Below the pieces are notes generated by a model, which saw nothing but the letters and a program-made list of their open reading frames with translations, had not been told where the DNA came from and ran no database searches. From the human T2T-CHM13v2.0 reference genome, Homo sapiens, in NCBI RefSeq assembly GCF_009914755.1, contig NC_060928.1: 64,000 bases of DNA; one strand, given 5' to 3'. How positions within the stretch are numbered: position 1 is the first letter of the stretch; every line of letters begins with the position of its first letter. Positions 13,114 to 27,229 of this stretch are shown here, piece after piece. Made by a program: the position numbers and the translations under genes.

Positions 13114-15450
13114 CTTTTTTTATTATTATTCTACTTTAAGTTCTGGGGTGCATGTGCAGAACGTGCAGGTTAGTTACATAAATATACACGTGTCATGGTG
13201 GTTTGCACCACCCATCAACCCGTCATCTACATTAGGTATTTCTCCTAATACTGTCCCTCTCCCAGCCCCCAACCCCCCAACAGGCCCCGGTGTGTGATGT
13301 CCCCCAACAATGTCCATGTGTTCTCATTGTTCAACTCCCACTTACAAGTGAGAACATGCGGTGTTTGGTTTTCTGTTCTTCTGTCAGTTTGCTAAGAATG
13401 ATGGTTTCCAGTTTCATCCATGTCCCTGCAAAGAACATGAACTCATCCATTTTCATGGCTGCATAGTATTCCATGATGTATATGTGCCACATTTTCTTTA
13501 TCCAGTCTATCATTGATGGGCATTTGGGTTGGTTCCAAGTCTTTGCTATTGTGAACAGTGCCACAATAAACATATGTGTGCATGTGTCTTTATAGTAGAA
13601 TGATTTATAATCCTTTGGGTATATACCCAGTAATGGGATTGCTGAGTCAAATAGTATTTCTAGTTCTAGATCCTTAAGGAATTACCACACTGTCTTCCAC
13701 AATGGTTGAACTAATTTACATTCCCACCAACTGTGTAAAGGCATTCCTATTTCTCCACATCCTCTCCAATACCTGTTGTTTCCGGACTTTTAATGATCAC
13801 CATTCTAACTGGCTGAGATGATATCTCACTGTGGTTTTGATTTGCATTTCTCTAATGACCTGTGATGATGAGCTTTTTTTCATATGTTTGTTGGCTGCAT
13901 AAATGTCTTCTTTTGAGAAGTGTCTGTTCCTTTGCCCACTTTTTCATGGGCTTTTTTTCTTGTAAATTTGTTTAAGTTCCTTGTAGATTCTGGATATTAG
14001 CCCTTTGTCAGATGGATAGATTGCAAAAATTTTCTCCCATTCTGAAGGTTGCCTGTTCACTCTGATGGTAGTTTCTTTTGCTGTGCAGAAGCTCTTTAGT
14101 TTAATTAGATCCCATTTGTCAATTTTGGCTTTTTTTGCCATTGCTTTTGGTGTTTTAGTCATGAAGTCTTTGCCCATGCCTATGTCCTGAATGGCATTGC
14201 CTAGGTTTTCTTCTAGGGTTTTTATGGTTTTAGGTCTTATGTTTAAGTCTTTAATCCATCTTGAGTTAATTTTTGTATAAGGTGAAAGGAAAGGGTCCAG
14301 TTTCAGCTTTCTACGTATGGCTAGCCAGTTTTCCTAACACCATTTATTAAATAGGGAATCCTTTCCCCATTGTTTATTTTTGTCAGGTTTGTCAAAGATC
14401 AGATGGTTGTAGATGTGTGGTGTTTTTTTTGAGGCCTCTGTTCTGTTCCATTGGTCTATATATCCATTGGTACCAGTGCCATGCTGTTTTGGTTACTGTA
14501 GCCTTGTAGTATAGTTTGAAGTCAGGTAGCGTGATGCCTCCAGTTTTGTTCTTTTTGCTTAGGATTGTCTTGGCTATGCAGGCTCTTTTTTGGTTCTAGA
14601 TGACATTTAAAGTAGCTTTTTCTAATTCTGTGTAGAAAGTCAATGTTAGCTTGATGGGGATAGCATTGAATCTATAAATTACTTTGGGCAGTATGGCCAT
14701 TTTCACAGTATTGATTCTTCCTGTCTATAAGCATGGGATTTTTTTTCCATTTGTTTGTGTTCTCTTTTATTTCGTTGAGCAGTGGTTTGTAGTTCTCCTT
14801 GAAAAGGTCCTTCACATTCCTTGTAAGTTGGATTCTTAGGTATTGTATTCTTTTTGTAGCACTTGTGAATGGGAGTTCACTCAGGATCTGGCTCTCTGTT
14901 TGCCTGTTATTGGTGTATGGGAATGTTTCTGATTTTTGCACACTGATTTTGTATCCTGAGACTTTGCTGAAGTTGCTTATCAGCTTAAGAGATTTTGGGC
15001 TGAGACGATGGGGTTTTCTAAATATACAATTATGTCATTTGCAAACAGAGACCTTTTGACTTCCTGTTTTCCTAATTGAATACCCTTTATTTCTTTCTCT
15101 TGACTGATTGCCCTGGCCAGAACTTTCAATACTATGTTGAATAGGAGTGGTGAGAGAGGGCATTCTTGTCTTGTGCTGGTTTTCAAAGAGAATGTTTCCA
15201 GTTTTTGCCCATTCAGTAAGATATTGGCTGTGGGTTTGTCATAAATAGCTCTTATTATTTTGAGATGTATTCCATCAATACCTAGTTTATTGAGAGTTTT
15301 TAGAATGAAGCGCTGTTGAATTTTGTCGAAGTCCTTTTCTGCATCTATTGAGATAATCATGTGATTTTTGTCATTGGTTCTTTTTATGTGGTGGATTACA
15401 TATATTGATTTGCATATGTTGAACAAGCCTTGCATCCCAGGGATGAAGCT
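13114..15450 (-). mobile_element. 5'-truncated L1PA (L1PA7/8-like): 3' part of ORF2, 3'UTR and poly-A
   Basis: ORF2 RT and C-terminal fragments (14980-15435, 13944-14177, 13331-13573). 3'UTR TTCTGGGGTGCATGTGCAGAACGTGCAGG...CCCATCAACCCGTCATCTACATTAGG. Confidence 0.93.
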
Positions 15451-15850
15451 GTAGATTCATTTTCATGTAAAATGAGTTCTTTCTTCTAATAAAGGTGCCC
15501 GGGATCTAGATAAAGTAGATAAATCATCATGAATGAATAATCACACTTCTGTTTGAGTGTTTCCCTGGTGGAGTCAATTCTGAGTAGTTATTAATAGGAC
15601 TCCTCGATAGCTAAATTTCAGATAATACTAAAGTTTGATTTCATCACCCAGAGCTCAAAGCTCCCTCTGATGACTGGTGTGGCCAGGATGGTCTCTCAGC
15701 AAAAGACCATGTAAGTACAATTCCCACCTTTTTGCCTTTCAGTTCTGGCAAATGCTGAAGAGCCTGTCTGCTTTCTATTTGTGTTTCAGGTTTGTTTCTA
15801 CTACCTTTACCATCCTCCTCACTCTCTCATGAGAGAGGAAGGCCGTAACT

Positions 15851-16310
15851 GTGTGTGCTAGTTATTAAGCTAACTCTGAATTCCAAATTCACTTTGCTCT
15901 GCTCTACTCTATGATACTGTAGCCAGGACTCTGAAAACGATTTCTTCATTTGCCAGCTGTTCCCTAAGAGGTCCACCAACCAGAGGCTCTGGAGAAAGGC
16001 CGGAAGGAGAGCAGAAGGTCTTGTTCCTCCAGGTTTGCTTGCTGTTGTGGTCAGCATTCCTCAGCCACAGCTTTTCACCCTGGCAGAGGTTGTTGGTTCC
16101 AGGATCCAGTTCCTTTTTTTGGTACCCTCAGGACAAGTCTGACCTTGATCCCTCAGAGATACCGGCACCAGCAGTACCATGAGTGCCTCACTTCAGAGGT
16201 CTAAGTACAGTTTCATGGAACCTCTCCTCTAAACTTATAGGTTCAAAACCCTAACCCCTTACCTTCATTCACCTACTGCTAGGGGTGTGACTGCTTATGG
16301 CGAGCCACTA
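15851..16310. mobile_element. ERVL LTR, LTR33-like
   Basis: TGTGCTAGTTATTAAGCT...TCCAAATTCAC...CAGGACTCTGAAAAC...TTTGCCAGCTG resembles the LTR33 consensus. Confidence 0.6.
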
Positions 16311-16614
16311 TGTAGGCTCTAAAAGACTGGGAAAATGGAGACAATAATATGAAGTAAGTGAAATTCATTCTCTAGCCTTCTCTACTTCCCTATCTGTACC
16401 ATCCTTTTTCCTATGTAAACATGCATGTTACCCAGCAAAAGTGTTCATTTTTAATTAAGTTCTCTGCTGATAATGGCTTAAAAATAAACCCTCAAGTTTT
16501 TGACATTTTTCAGAAACTTCCAATAATTATGTTTTAAATTGTATAAAAATGTTTAGTACATTTCTGGATGTTTGGCATGGAGTTAGACACTATCAAGAGA
16601 GAAAGTGGTTATAA

Positions 16615-16905
16615 GGATGATATGAAATAACGTCCATGCCCTCAAGAATCTGTGGATGGGGGAGGAAAAGTCAATGTACACAAATTAGTAAGAGAAATAC
16701 ATGAAACATAATACAATTATAAACTGAGTTGAATGGTGCAGACCATAAATGCATTAGGAGGTGAGAAATAGAAGAGATCATTGGGGATCACAGTAATTGG
16801 GGAGAACTTCACAGTAAAATTGATGTGGATTCAGAAAATATTTACATATGTAAAGAATGATCCAGACTTCCATTTAAGGAAGCAGCTTGAACAAAGACAT
16901 GCATA
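16615..16905 (-). mobile_element. L2 LINE 3' fragment
   Basis: CCATGCCCTCAAGAATC...GGAAGCAGCTTGAACAAAGACATG is typical of antisense L2. Confidence 0.5.
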
Positions 16906-18367
16906 TGGAATGTTAGACTTTGATATGCACATTCATTAGTACCAATTAATGTGAGTTTGCCATTGTATAGATTCTCCTAGGTTTGTCACTAAGTGGAACT
17001 CAGACTCTAATGAACTTATAAATAGTGGAACCAACTGGAATTCCATCTGCCACTTAAAAACAGCCTCTGTGAATATCAAAGTCAAGTGTCAATCAGCTGT
17101 GGTAATTTGGAACCATAGTTCATACATTTTTACTAACAGCTGAGGATTTGATATTTGGAATCAATATCCTGGTAATCCCTTTGATTGACTTGAAGGTTTG
17201 TCCAAGATGTTTCCATCCTTCAGGAATGATTCAGATGCAAATACCAAACTCCAACTGCTTGTTGGAGAAATCCTTAGGAGCCAATCAGATTAGAATCAAA
17301 TCTCTAGAATCTAATCTATATAAAACAAAACATAAGTTGGTCGTTAAGCACCAAAACTGACCACTAAGCAGTTTTCGATTGTCAATACCTGGTTATAGTC
17401 AGGTTTTAAAATGGAATTTTAAATGCCTGTTTTAAAGTTACACAAGGAATCAAGTAGATCATGCAACCACTTTCACAAAGAACTTTCATAAATCAGTAAA
17501 TCCAAGTGGGAGCAGAATTCTCTAAATTATAAGCAAGAAGACAATCATAGAACTAAATCCTGACCTTTCCCATAGAAGCAAACAGCCTCTTCCCTGCCCC
17601 TACCCTTCTCTAATTTACAGTAATGTAATCCACATGGAAAAAGTCAGTGTGTGTTTGGGAACCAAGTCCTACACTTTCTTTTCCATCACAAAACCCAGTT
17701 GTTCTTCAAAACCATCCATCAGGATCACGTTACACTCTCAAGTATTAAAAAGGGGGCCTGAGCTCAGACCTCCTGCTGAAAAGTTCAGTTGTCAGTTGTT
17801 AGGCAGAAAATCAATCATAAATGCATTTGGAACAATGGCATGCTGCCTAGAATTACACCACGCTGGGAAAAAAAATCTACCCTGCAGCAGAAGAATACTA
17901 ATGATTGGCGATACCCACGCCACTTTAGACAAGGTGGATCAATTTATTTAGACACATTTACGGAACGGAAATATGCTGTGCCAAATCTGATTTACATACA
18001 ATTATAGCAGAACATTTGCAAAATTTTCTCAGAAGGATCAAGATACTTTAGTCCTCAATATGAGCCAGCAACTTCAAAATTGTTATGAATGGTTTTAACT
18101 AATTCTCATTTCTATCCCTAGGTCTTGCATTAGGTACAGAGATTTTGCCAAAGTTTGGATAATTTATCATACTTTTGCAAAAGCTCATGGAAGACACATA
18201 GCTATCTGGTATTACCACAAACCCACTGTAGCCAATAGCTGAGTGGGTAATAGATGGCAAAAATCTACTCTTCACATGCAGAACAGCCTTATTTCCAAAC
18301 TGATAATGTAGCTGGTTAGAATCTAGTGCCAATGAAATCAACCCTTGGTTCCTATAATATTAAAACT

Positions 18368-18590
18368 AATAGCTATCATTTTTAGCACACTTTTGTGCCC
18401 AACACTATGCTAAAGACTTTGAATGCTCCTGTAACCCATCCAATAATCTTAAGAGGTAAGGGCTCTTTACCTGTATTTTATTCGCAAGGAAACTGAAGTT
18501 TAGAGAGGATGCATTTTTTACTCAAGGTCATATGGCTGATAGGAGGAAACGGAAATCAAAGTCAAGCGAAAAGATCCCAGAGCTCTTGGC
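18368..18590 (-). mobile_element. MIR SINE
   Basis: TGTGCCCAACACTATGCTAAAGACTTT...AGGAAACTGAAGTTTAGAGAGG...CTCAAGGTCATATGGCT. Confidence 0.7.
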
Positions 18591-18618
18591 AATGCTACCT
18601 CCCACGCATAACTGTACA

Positions 18619-19259
<641 letters not shown>

Positions 19260-20055
19260 TATCTATACACAGAGGAAAACTACCCTAAATCATGGACTAC
19301 TGCCTCAACCCCAAGCCAGTCACCTCCTATAGTCTCAAGAAAACCAGAGAGTTGACCCTAACACACTCAGAGCCCTATGGGGCAGGAATCACAGTGGCTT
19401 CATGTTTGTTATCTAAGTATGAAAATCGGCAAGTTTTATCAACAACCTTAATTAGGGCTTAGAAAGTTTGAAGCCAGGTTGTGCTTGCTTTCTGGGCTCA
19501 TTAAACAATCATTAAACAACTGGCAGTCTCTATAGTAGAATTATGTCCTTCTACATTTCTCTGTTTGTCTCCTCTTCATTGTGACACATTTTTGCCTGGT
19601 CCTCTGGAATTAATCAAACACAGGTGTTCTTGTATGGGCAATCCTTTTCTTATTACTAAGCAAATGTGACTGCTTGGAATAACTACTTTAAATGCTGTGA
19701 TTAAATTCTCCAAAAACTTTCAAGCATTTATTCCTATTGAAACATGCCTGTGGGAAGAAGAGGTGTTTCCATGTAACAGATGCAAAAGCCAAGGCATAGA
19801 GAAGTTACAAAACTAAAATTTTCTAGCACTTGGCAAAGTGCCCTGTTCATATTAAGCACATATTTGTCATTGAAATAGAAAACGACCAAAACATCTAATT
19901 ATGCTGGTTAGTCTGGACTCCCTCAACTCTAGTTTGATGCTCCTCACTACAGGACATACAGTTTATAGCCCTGAATGCTGTATTGTTTCCTCCTAAACTC
20001 CTTTACCCTTGTAATCCTCCAGCTAACTCTTATTCTACCTATGCTTTAAGTGTGA

Positions 20056-20393
<338 letters not shown>

Positions 20394-20424
20394 AATTTCC
20401 ATTCTTAAGAAAAGGTTACTGAGA

Positions 20425-20645
20425 TAGTAGTTAGGCAGTTATATGCACAGATACTGGAGCCAAAATGCCTAGGTTCAAATTCCAGCTTCGATAGTGTATT
20501 ATGTGTGTGATTATGAGCAAATTAGTTAATAACTCTTTTTTTACCCATCTACAAAGTAGAAATAGTATTACCTAATTCATAGTTGTTATGAAATGAGTTC
20601 ATGCAAAACCTCTGAACAATTCCTAAAATACATTCAATGTTTGCT
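20425..20645 (+). mobile_element. MIR SINE
   Basis: CTGGAGCCAAAATGCCTAGGTTCAAATTCCAGCTTC...ATCTACAAAGTAG...GTTGTTATGAAATGAG. Confidence 0.7.
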
Positions 20646-21163
20646 GTTTTCATTATTCCAAGACACTCCTTCCTCACTTTCAGGGGAATGATTCTTTTAT
20701 GCTGAAACATTCTTATTTCCTGTCAGTCTCATTCAGAAGATTCTAATCATGTAAAATACATTACCTACTGCTTCTTCTTTCTTTTCCCCAGAATCACACC
20801 CAAAGCCAGCACCATGGTGTCAGACCTTATCCCAGCCCACATTCAGGCTGTGGGTATAGCAGGCCAAGCTTCCTGTAGACAGAGGTGGTTGTAAATTTCT
20901 AGAAATGACTCTCACAATAGATGTCACTTCTCAGCTGAATCACAAGCTAATTCTGTCTCTAAGAGTCTTTTACTTATACAGCTTGTGTAATGCCACAAAA
21001 TCTTCAGAAATCCCCTTCTCTTCCCCACCCCTAATCTAGGGTCTAATACAGGAAAATTTAGCAATATTGACCTCAGAGTCCAGCAGTCTTGATGAGTGTG
21101 CCAAAGAGACTTTCTCTCTTCAGGTGTGTTTTTTTCTTCCTTTTTCAATCTCAGTTTTCTTAC

Positions 21164-21640
21164 TGTCACAAACACTACTAATTGTTCCTCAATAACTATT
21201 CTTATCTTTTTCCATTGCAATAGAATTTTGGTAGGGCACACAGCCCCCAAAATAAAGACTATTTCTTAGCCTTTCTTCCAGCTTGGTGTAGCCATAAGTT
21301 CTGGCCAATGGAGGTAAGCATAGGTGACACATCCCACTTCTAGATTGAGTCATTAAAGGAAGAGGTATCCCTTTTCTCCCCCACTCTGACCTACTGCTTC
21401 AAAAGTGGATATGGTGGCCAGATAACTTGGACCATGTGGATGACAGCAATATCCTTGAGCTATGGAGCAGCAAAAGAGAATAAGCCTGGGTCTCCAGAGA
21501 ATCTAACAGGGCAAAGCCAGCCCTACCAGCCCCAGACCCTCTATCTCTGGACTACATGTAAGTACGATATAATATAAAACTTTTGATCTACAGTAATTTG
21601 AAGTCTCTTTTACACACAGCTGAATCTACCTTCTAATACA
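21164..21640 (+). mobile_element. MaLR solo LTR (MLT1J-like)
   Basis: TG...CA termini; internal AAGTTCTGGCCAATGG, AGCCTGGGTCTCC and CCAGCCCCAGACC; ends CAGCTGAATCTACCTTCTAATACA. Confidence 0.7.
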
Positions 21641-21977
21641 CTTGCCAATTTTGTGTTCTTTTTAAAGAAATTTACTTCTGTCTTTAATTTATGTTTAGCC
21701 TTATGTGAGAGATGTTATGTTCCCTTCATTCTAATCTCTTTTTGTTTTCCTTTCTAAAGTGCATGCTCAAAAATGTATACATTTTACCTTAAAGCTGTGT
21801 TTTTCTTTGCTTCATGTAAAAGCAGCGACTTCATTGCCAAAAAATAATTTTTCTCCAGACGTTCTATATTAATTTCATATAGGACTTTACCAAAGTTTTT
21901 ACCTGGTGTCAATTTTCTTGATTTCTATTTAGCTTATCTATTGCCAAAATTCTACAATTCTAAATGATGGTGATATG

Positions 21978-22309
21978 TAGTCACCCCTTGGTAACTGAAT
22001 GGAAGATTGGTTCCAGGGCCCTTGAACCCAAAATTCATGAATTCTCAAGTCTCTTATATAAAGTGGTGTGTATAAATTTGCATATAACCTACACACATCC
22101 TCTCATATACTTTAAATCATCTTTAGATTACTTAAAATACTGACTACAGTGTAAATGCTACAACATAGTAGTTACACTATATTATTTTTTAATTTGTATT
22201 ATTTTTATTGTCATATTGTTATTTTTTATTAGTTTTTTTTTCTGAATATTTTTGATGCATTGTTGGTTGGATCCACAGATGCAAAACCTACGGATACCAT
22301 GATCAACTG
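21978..22309 (+). mobile_element. MER2 (TcMar-Tigger) DNA transposon
   Basis: GATTGGTTCCAGG...TTTGCATATAACCTACACACATCCTCTCATATACTTTAAATCATCT...CCTACGGATACC...CAACTG followed by TA. Confidence 0.88.
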
Positions 22310-22906
22310 TATTATATCTGTTTTGTACTCTTATTTCTTCCTTGTTTATGTCCCATAATGTAACTAATTAGGGATAAAACATAGGTTTGAAAAAGGAAAG
22401 ATGCATTTACATACATTGTACATGTACTGTATAGCTTGCTTCACCAATAGCAAATTTCTTTTGAGCATTTGGTATACAGCATATAGCTTTAAATATCCTA
22501 GTGGGTATTTTAGTTCACTGTTGTTCATGGTTTGTCTATAATTTTGCTTTCCATTTTAAAAATAAATTTTCTCAAATACATTTATCTGAGATTTACTGTA
22601 GGTATCAACATGTTTTGTTTGTGTTTTTGAGTTGCTGCTTTAATTCAGGTTTTTTTTTCTAATTAATATCCCATTTATTAAACATTATCAACTCAAAGAT
22701 ATTGTTTTCCTTAAGCTTTTAATTTCCATTTACAAGTTTTATTCTATTTATTAAAATAGCAAATTCTAACAATTACCCTCAAGAACTCAAATCAAATATT
22801 TCATTAATCTTTGATCAGGTGAATTTGTTTGGTTTCTTTTATAAACTTAAGATCCCTTAGACATTTTTATTACATTTATATATTTGATTAAATTATCTTT
22901 TTAAAT

Positions 22907-22998
22907 TATATATATATATCACTATATATATCTCACTATATAGTGATATATATATATATCTCACTATATATATATATCTCACTATATATATCTCACTA

Positions 22999-23057
<59 letters not shown>
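22907..23057. repeat. (TA)n microsatellite with interspersed CTCACTA units
   Basis: Read directly from the sequence. Confidence 0.95.
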
Positions 23058-23060
<3 letters not shown>

Positions 23061-23196
23061 TAATTTTTTTGTATTTTTAGTAGAGACAGGGTTTCACCGT
23101 GTTAGCCAGGATGGTCTCGATCTCCTGACCTCATGATCCACTGACCTCAGCCTCCCAAAGTGCTGGGATTACAGGCATGAGCCACCGCGCCTGGCC
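23058..23196 (-). mobile_element. AluY-like left monomer only
   Basis: GGCTAATTTTTTTGTATTTTTAGTAGAGAC...CCGTGTTAGCCAGGATGGTCTCGATCTCC...CCGCGCCTGGCC; the right arm is absent. Confidence 0.9.
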
Positions 23197-24340
23197 ACGC
23201 TTTTTTTTAATGTTACTACCAGGAAAATTTTTTGAACCACTTAAATATTTAACTGAATTCAATATACCAAACTTAAAATTCGGTGAATTCTAAGCTCTCT
23301 TAAATAATCAACACGATAAACTTAGTAAAATATCTTATGCATTTCAAATTAAGAATTGTAAATCAAATAAGTTACTAAACTACATATTTTAACTTGGAAT
23401 CACAAGGATATATGTTTACAATACATCCAATTCTCTTTAAATCCAAATGTGCCCATTATAGTTAAATTAATAGAAAAATATTAATATTGTGGGTTCAAGT
23501 CATTATCTCTAAGATTAATCGATGCTTCCCTTTTGTAAAACAAATTTTGTTTACTAAAGAAAGCAAGTTAAAGTTTATCATCTCAAATGAATTGTGGTGA
23601 CTGTCTTGGCATGCTCAGGTTTCTCACTGGCCAGAGGCTTTGGCCAGGCTGACTCTCCATAGGCCACTAATAAGTAAGAGGAACTCTCCTATGGAGTCAC
23701 TCTGCCATTAGGGAATACAAGCCCATGCCCTCCAAATAAGTCAGTTTTATGGCCCCCAGAATTCAAGTTACACATTTTCTATTTCTTCAAACTGGTTTAA
23801 GCCTGCAATATCCTCACTGAGACAATCTGAGTGATTTATTAAATTTTACTAATTCAGTTACTGCCTGGTTCCATTCTGATCACCTTTCAGTCTTGCTGTA
23901 GGTTCCCATGACAAATCTTATAGATATTTAAATGACGTTTGATTTAATTCTGTGTATCCCTCTGTCTGACTCTCCAGGCCTTAGACAACATCATAGTAAT
24001 GGCAGTAAGAGGATGCATACATCTGGTTTCTAGTATTAGAACTCACTTTGAACACAGATATGCCTTCTAACTGTTTTTACATTTCAAAATCACTTTCATC
24101 CTATATTCACATTGTTAAACCTGATATTTTTGTTGTTGTTAAACTTGAAGGGTAAATTTTACTCTTTTAAAAACTCATTTGGCTTTTGATTACAAAATAA
24201 ATATAATGTAATTTTCTCCAGGAGGCAAGGCTCCAAAGCTTAACCTGTCCCCATATTCTCCTGCCCAAACTCATGCAAAACTATCTTACCTCAAAGCTGA
24301 CACATACTTTTAAACCTGCCTCTGTAAAGTCTTTATAAGG

Positions 24341-24731
24341 TGCTATGGTTTGAATGTTCCCTTTAAAACTCCTGTTGAACTTTAATTGCCATTGTGATGA
24401 CATTAAGAAGTGGGATCTTTAAGAGGTGACTAGGCCATGAGGGCGAAGCCCACAATGGATTAATGCTATTATTGACAAAGTGAGTTAGCTAACTCAGAAG
24501 CTCAGTCTTCCTTTTCTCTCTGTCTCATGCATGCTTTAACCCTCCCCTGTCCTTCCTCTCCATGTGATGCTTTCCACCATGTTATGACACAGCAAGAAAG
24601 CCTTCACCAGATGCTGCCCCTTGATCTTGGACTTTCCAGCCTCCAGAACTATGAGTCAAATAAACTTCCATTATTTGTAAATTACCCAGTGTGTGGTACT
24701 CTGCTATAGCGACAGAAAACAGACTAAGACA
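24341..24731 (+). mobile_element. MaLR solo LTR (MSTB-like)
   Basis: Starts TGCTATGGTTTGAATGT, ends AAAACAGACTAAGACA; internal GATCTTGGACTTTCCAGCCTCCAGAACT and AATAAA. Confidence 0.88.
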
Positions 24732-24738
24732 TGGGGCA

Positions 24739-26105
24739 GTTTTTAATTTTGGAATACTTTTATACTTCCAGGAAAGTTGTAATAATAATATAAAGAATTT
24801 CCATGTGCATCTCAAGTATTCCTCTAGTATTATCATTTTATCACACTTTCTTTGTCATTCACATATACAAAGATATACAATTTGTTTCCTAAAACAAATT
24901 CCTCCTACATACCTCTCCTACCTATTTCACCAAATTAGAAGATATAGGTCCCAGAGAGCAAATTTCAGACAGAATATTTCTTTAGCTTTACATACTGCAG
25001 TTGTAGTTTCTAAAAATCATGATATTCTCTTCAATAATCACAGTGCAATTACCAAAATCAGACAATTAACACTGATATAATATCATTACCATTACCAATA
25101 CCAAAACTATTATCCAATTTGTGGACAATTTGTAGACAAATTACATATGCAGATTTTGCCAGTTGCCCCACTAATGTGCTTTACATTGTCCAGGGATAAA
25201 TCCAGAATCACAAGTTACATTTGGTTGTCATGTCTGTTTGTTCTTCTTTAATCTGAAACAGTTCATTCTTTCTTTTATTTCATGATCTCAGTATTTGAAT
25301 AATTCAAACTAGTTATTGTGTAGACAAACCTTTGATTTGGGTTAGTCTGATTACCCCTTCATGATTAGATTCAGATTATGCATTTTTGACAGAAATATCA
25401 TAGAAATGTTGTTATGTCCTTCTCAGGAAGCACATGATGTCTATGTGTCCCATTATTGGTGATGTGAACTTTGATCATATAGTCGAGGTGATTTCTATCA
25501 GGTTTATCCAATGTAAAGAAAGTTTTTTCTTTGAAATTAATAAATATGTTGTAGAGATATACTTTGAGACAATGTATATTAAGTATCCTGGTTTTCATCA
25601 TACTCTGATTTTCGAATCTGTTTATTTTTACCTGAAACAATTATTACTATAGGGACTGCCAAATGGTGATTTTCCAAGTCCATCATTTTCTCTATCTTTA
25701 TTCTTTGGGATTCTACTATAAGGAAAAGAGTTCACTTCTCCATCATTTATTTCCTCATTTATTTACTTACATTAGTATGGACTTACAGATTTTTATTTTG
25801 TTATCTGGGTTATATTCCATTATCATCAATAGTCATGATGATACTCAGATTATCTCAAATGTAGGTAATGGAAGCCTCTTTAAGCAAGCTCCTGGGTCCT
25901 TTGCAACATGTCCCCTTTATTCTTTGATCACTTTCTTGCTTTGTGGCACAGAAATGTTCCAAGTTCACTTTGTACTTTTCACGCCCTGGACCTGGAATCA
26001 GCCACTTGTGCAAGGAGACCCAGATTCTTTTAGTGGAGAATGAGATTTAGAAGCCCAGATCTAGGTCCTAGGTATGCTCATTGCTACTGAAGTATTCTTT
26101 GAAAC
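24739..26105 (-). mobile_element. Old L1 3'UTR (L1MC4/5-like)
   Basis: CATGATTAGATTCAG, CACATGATGTC...ATTATTGGTGATGTGAACTTTGATCA and CCCTGGACCTGGAATCAGCCAC...TTTTAGTGGAGAATG are L1MC-type 3'UTR motifs. Confidence 0.75.
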
Positions 26106-27229
26106 CTTTCAAGCATTCCTAATGACAGCTATTTTAGCTGACAGATGACTTTGGAACATCTATGAGTTAATCACCCAACAGTCTCACAACCACAATCTCT
26201 ACCTATGTATTACAATAACTAGGTCTCCTTCACCCCAACTTGTCCAATTGGTATACTCGAGGGCTGTTTTCAGTCATTTGGGCTTCCTAAGGATCACTTT
26301 CTCCTGGGTTGTGTTATTAATCTCCATCCAAAAGGCGAGATAGATAAGAGAGCATTCCCATCTCCTACCTACCTCTCCCATTTTGCCAAATTAGAAGATA
26401 TAGGTCCCTTTCTGCCTTGAAAATTTTCTCAATCCTTCCTCCTCTCTCTCATCCCTTTTTTCACACAAATGTCTCTCACCTACATTTTATCCTGGTATTT
26501 CTTAGAAGTGACTCTGCACAGAGCTTGCTTCTCAGGGTCTCTTTATAGACTCTGGCATTTGTGGCTGGGGAGAAAAAGGAAGTAGTATAGACATCACCTT
26601 TCTCCTTTCTCTGCTTCTCTGCCACAAAAACTCATCAAACATATCCCAGGGAACTTAGAAAATAGAGAGAAATCCATCAGACCCTGAAGATTGTGAGGTT
26701 TAAGCCTTGAGACCAGTAGAATCTCATACAAGACAACAAGTAATAGTCAAAGAAAACAAGGTAAAATCGACCATATAAAAGAAAACAAAATATAATTTTT
26801 TAAGATGACTTAAAATGTATTAGACTAAAAATAATGGGGCTCCCACACAGAGAATATATTTAGGTTTAGGGTTGCATGATGTGCAGAGATCACATCAAGG
26901 AGTTCAATTTTCCATCCACAGTTCAGAGGTTAGGCTTTAGACCGTCATGGCGGAAGTCTTCAGGGAATCATTTTGAAGATAGGGAAGCAGGAACTATAGT
27001 GAAAGGATTTTTATGTAACCATGATGTATCCCACACACCTGGAAGTAGAAAAAGCAAGGAAAAATTACAAGAAGTAGTATACGAGAGTTAACTTGGGTAG
27101 TATTGAATATCTCATTAGTAAAACACTTCTCTCTATGTGTATAGATAAGTTTCCCAGTGTATATACATACTTATTTATTTTCTCCACTGAAAGGCATTTC
27201 ACTATAGAGAGATAACAGAAAGAAATATA

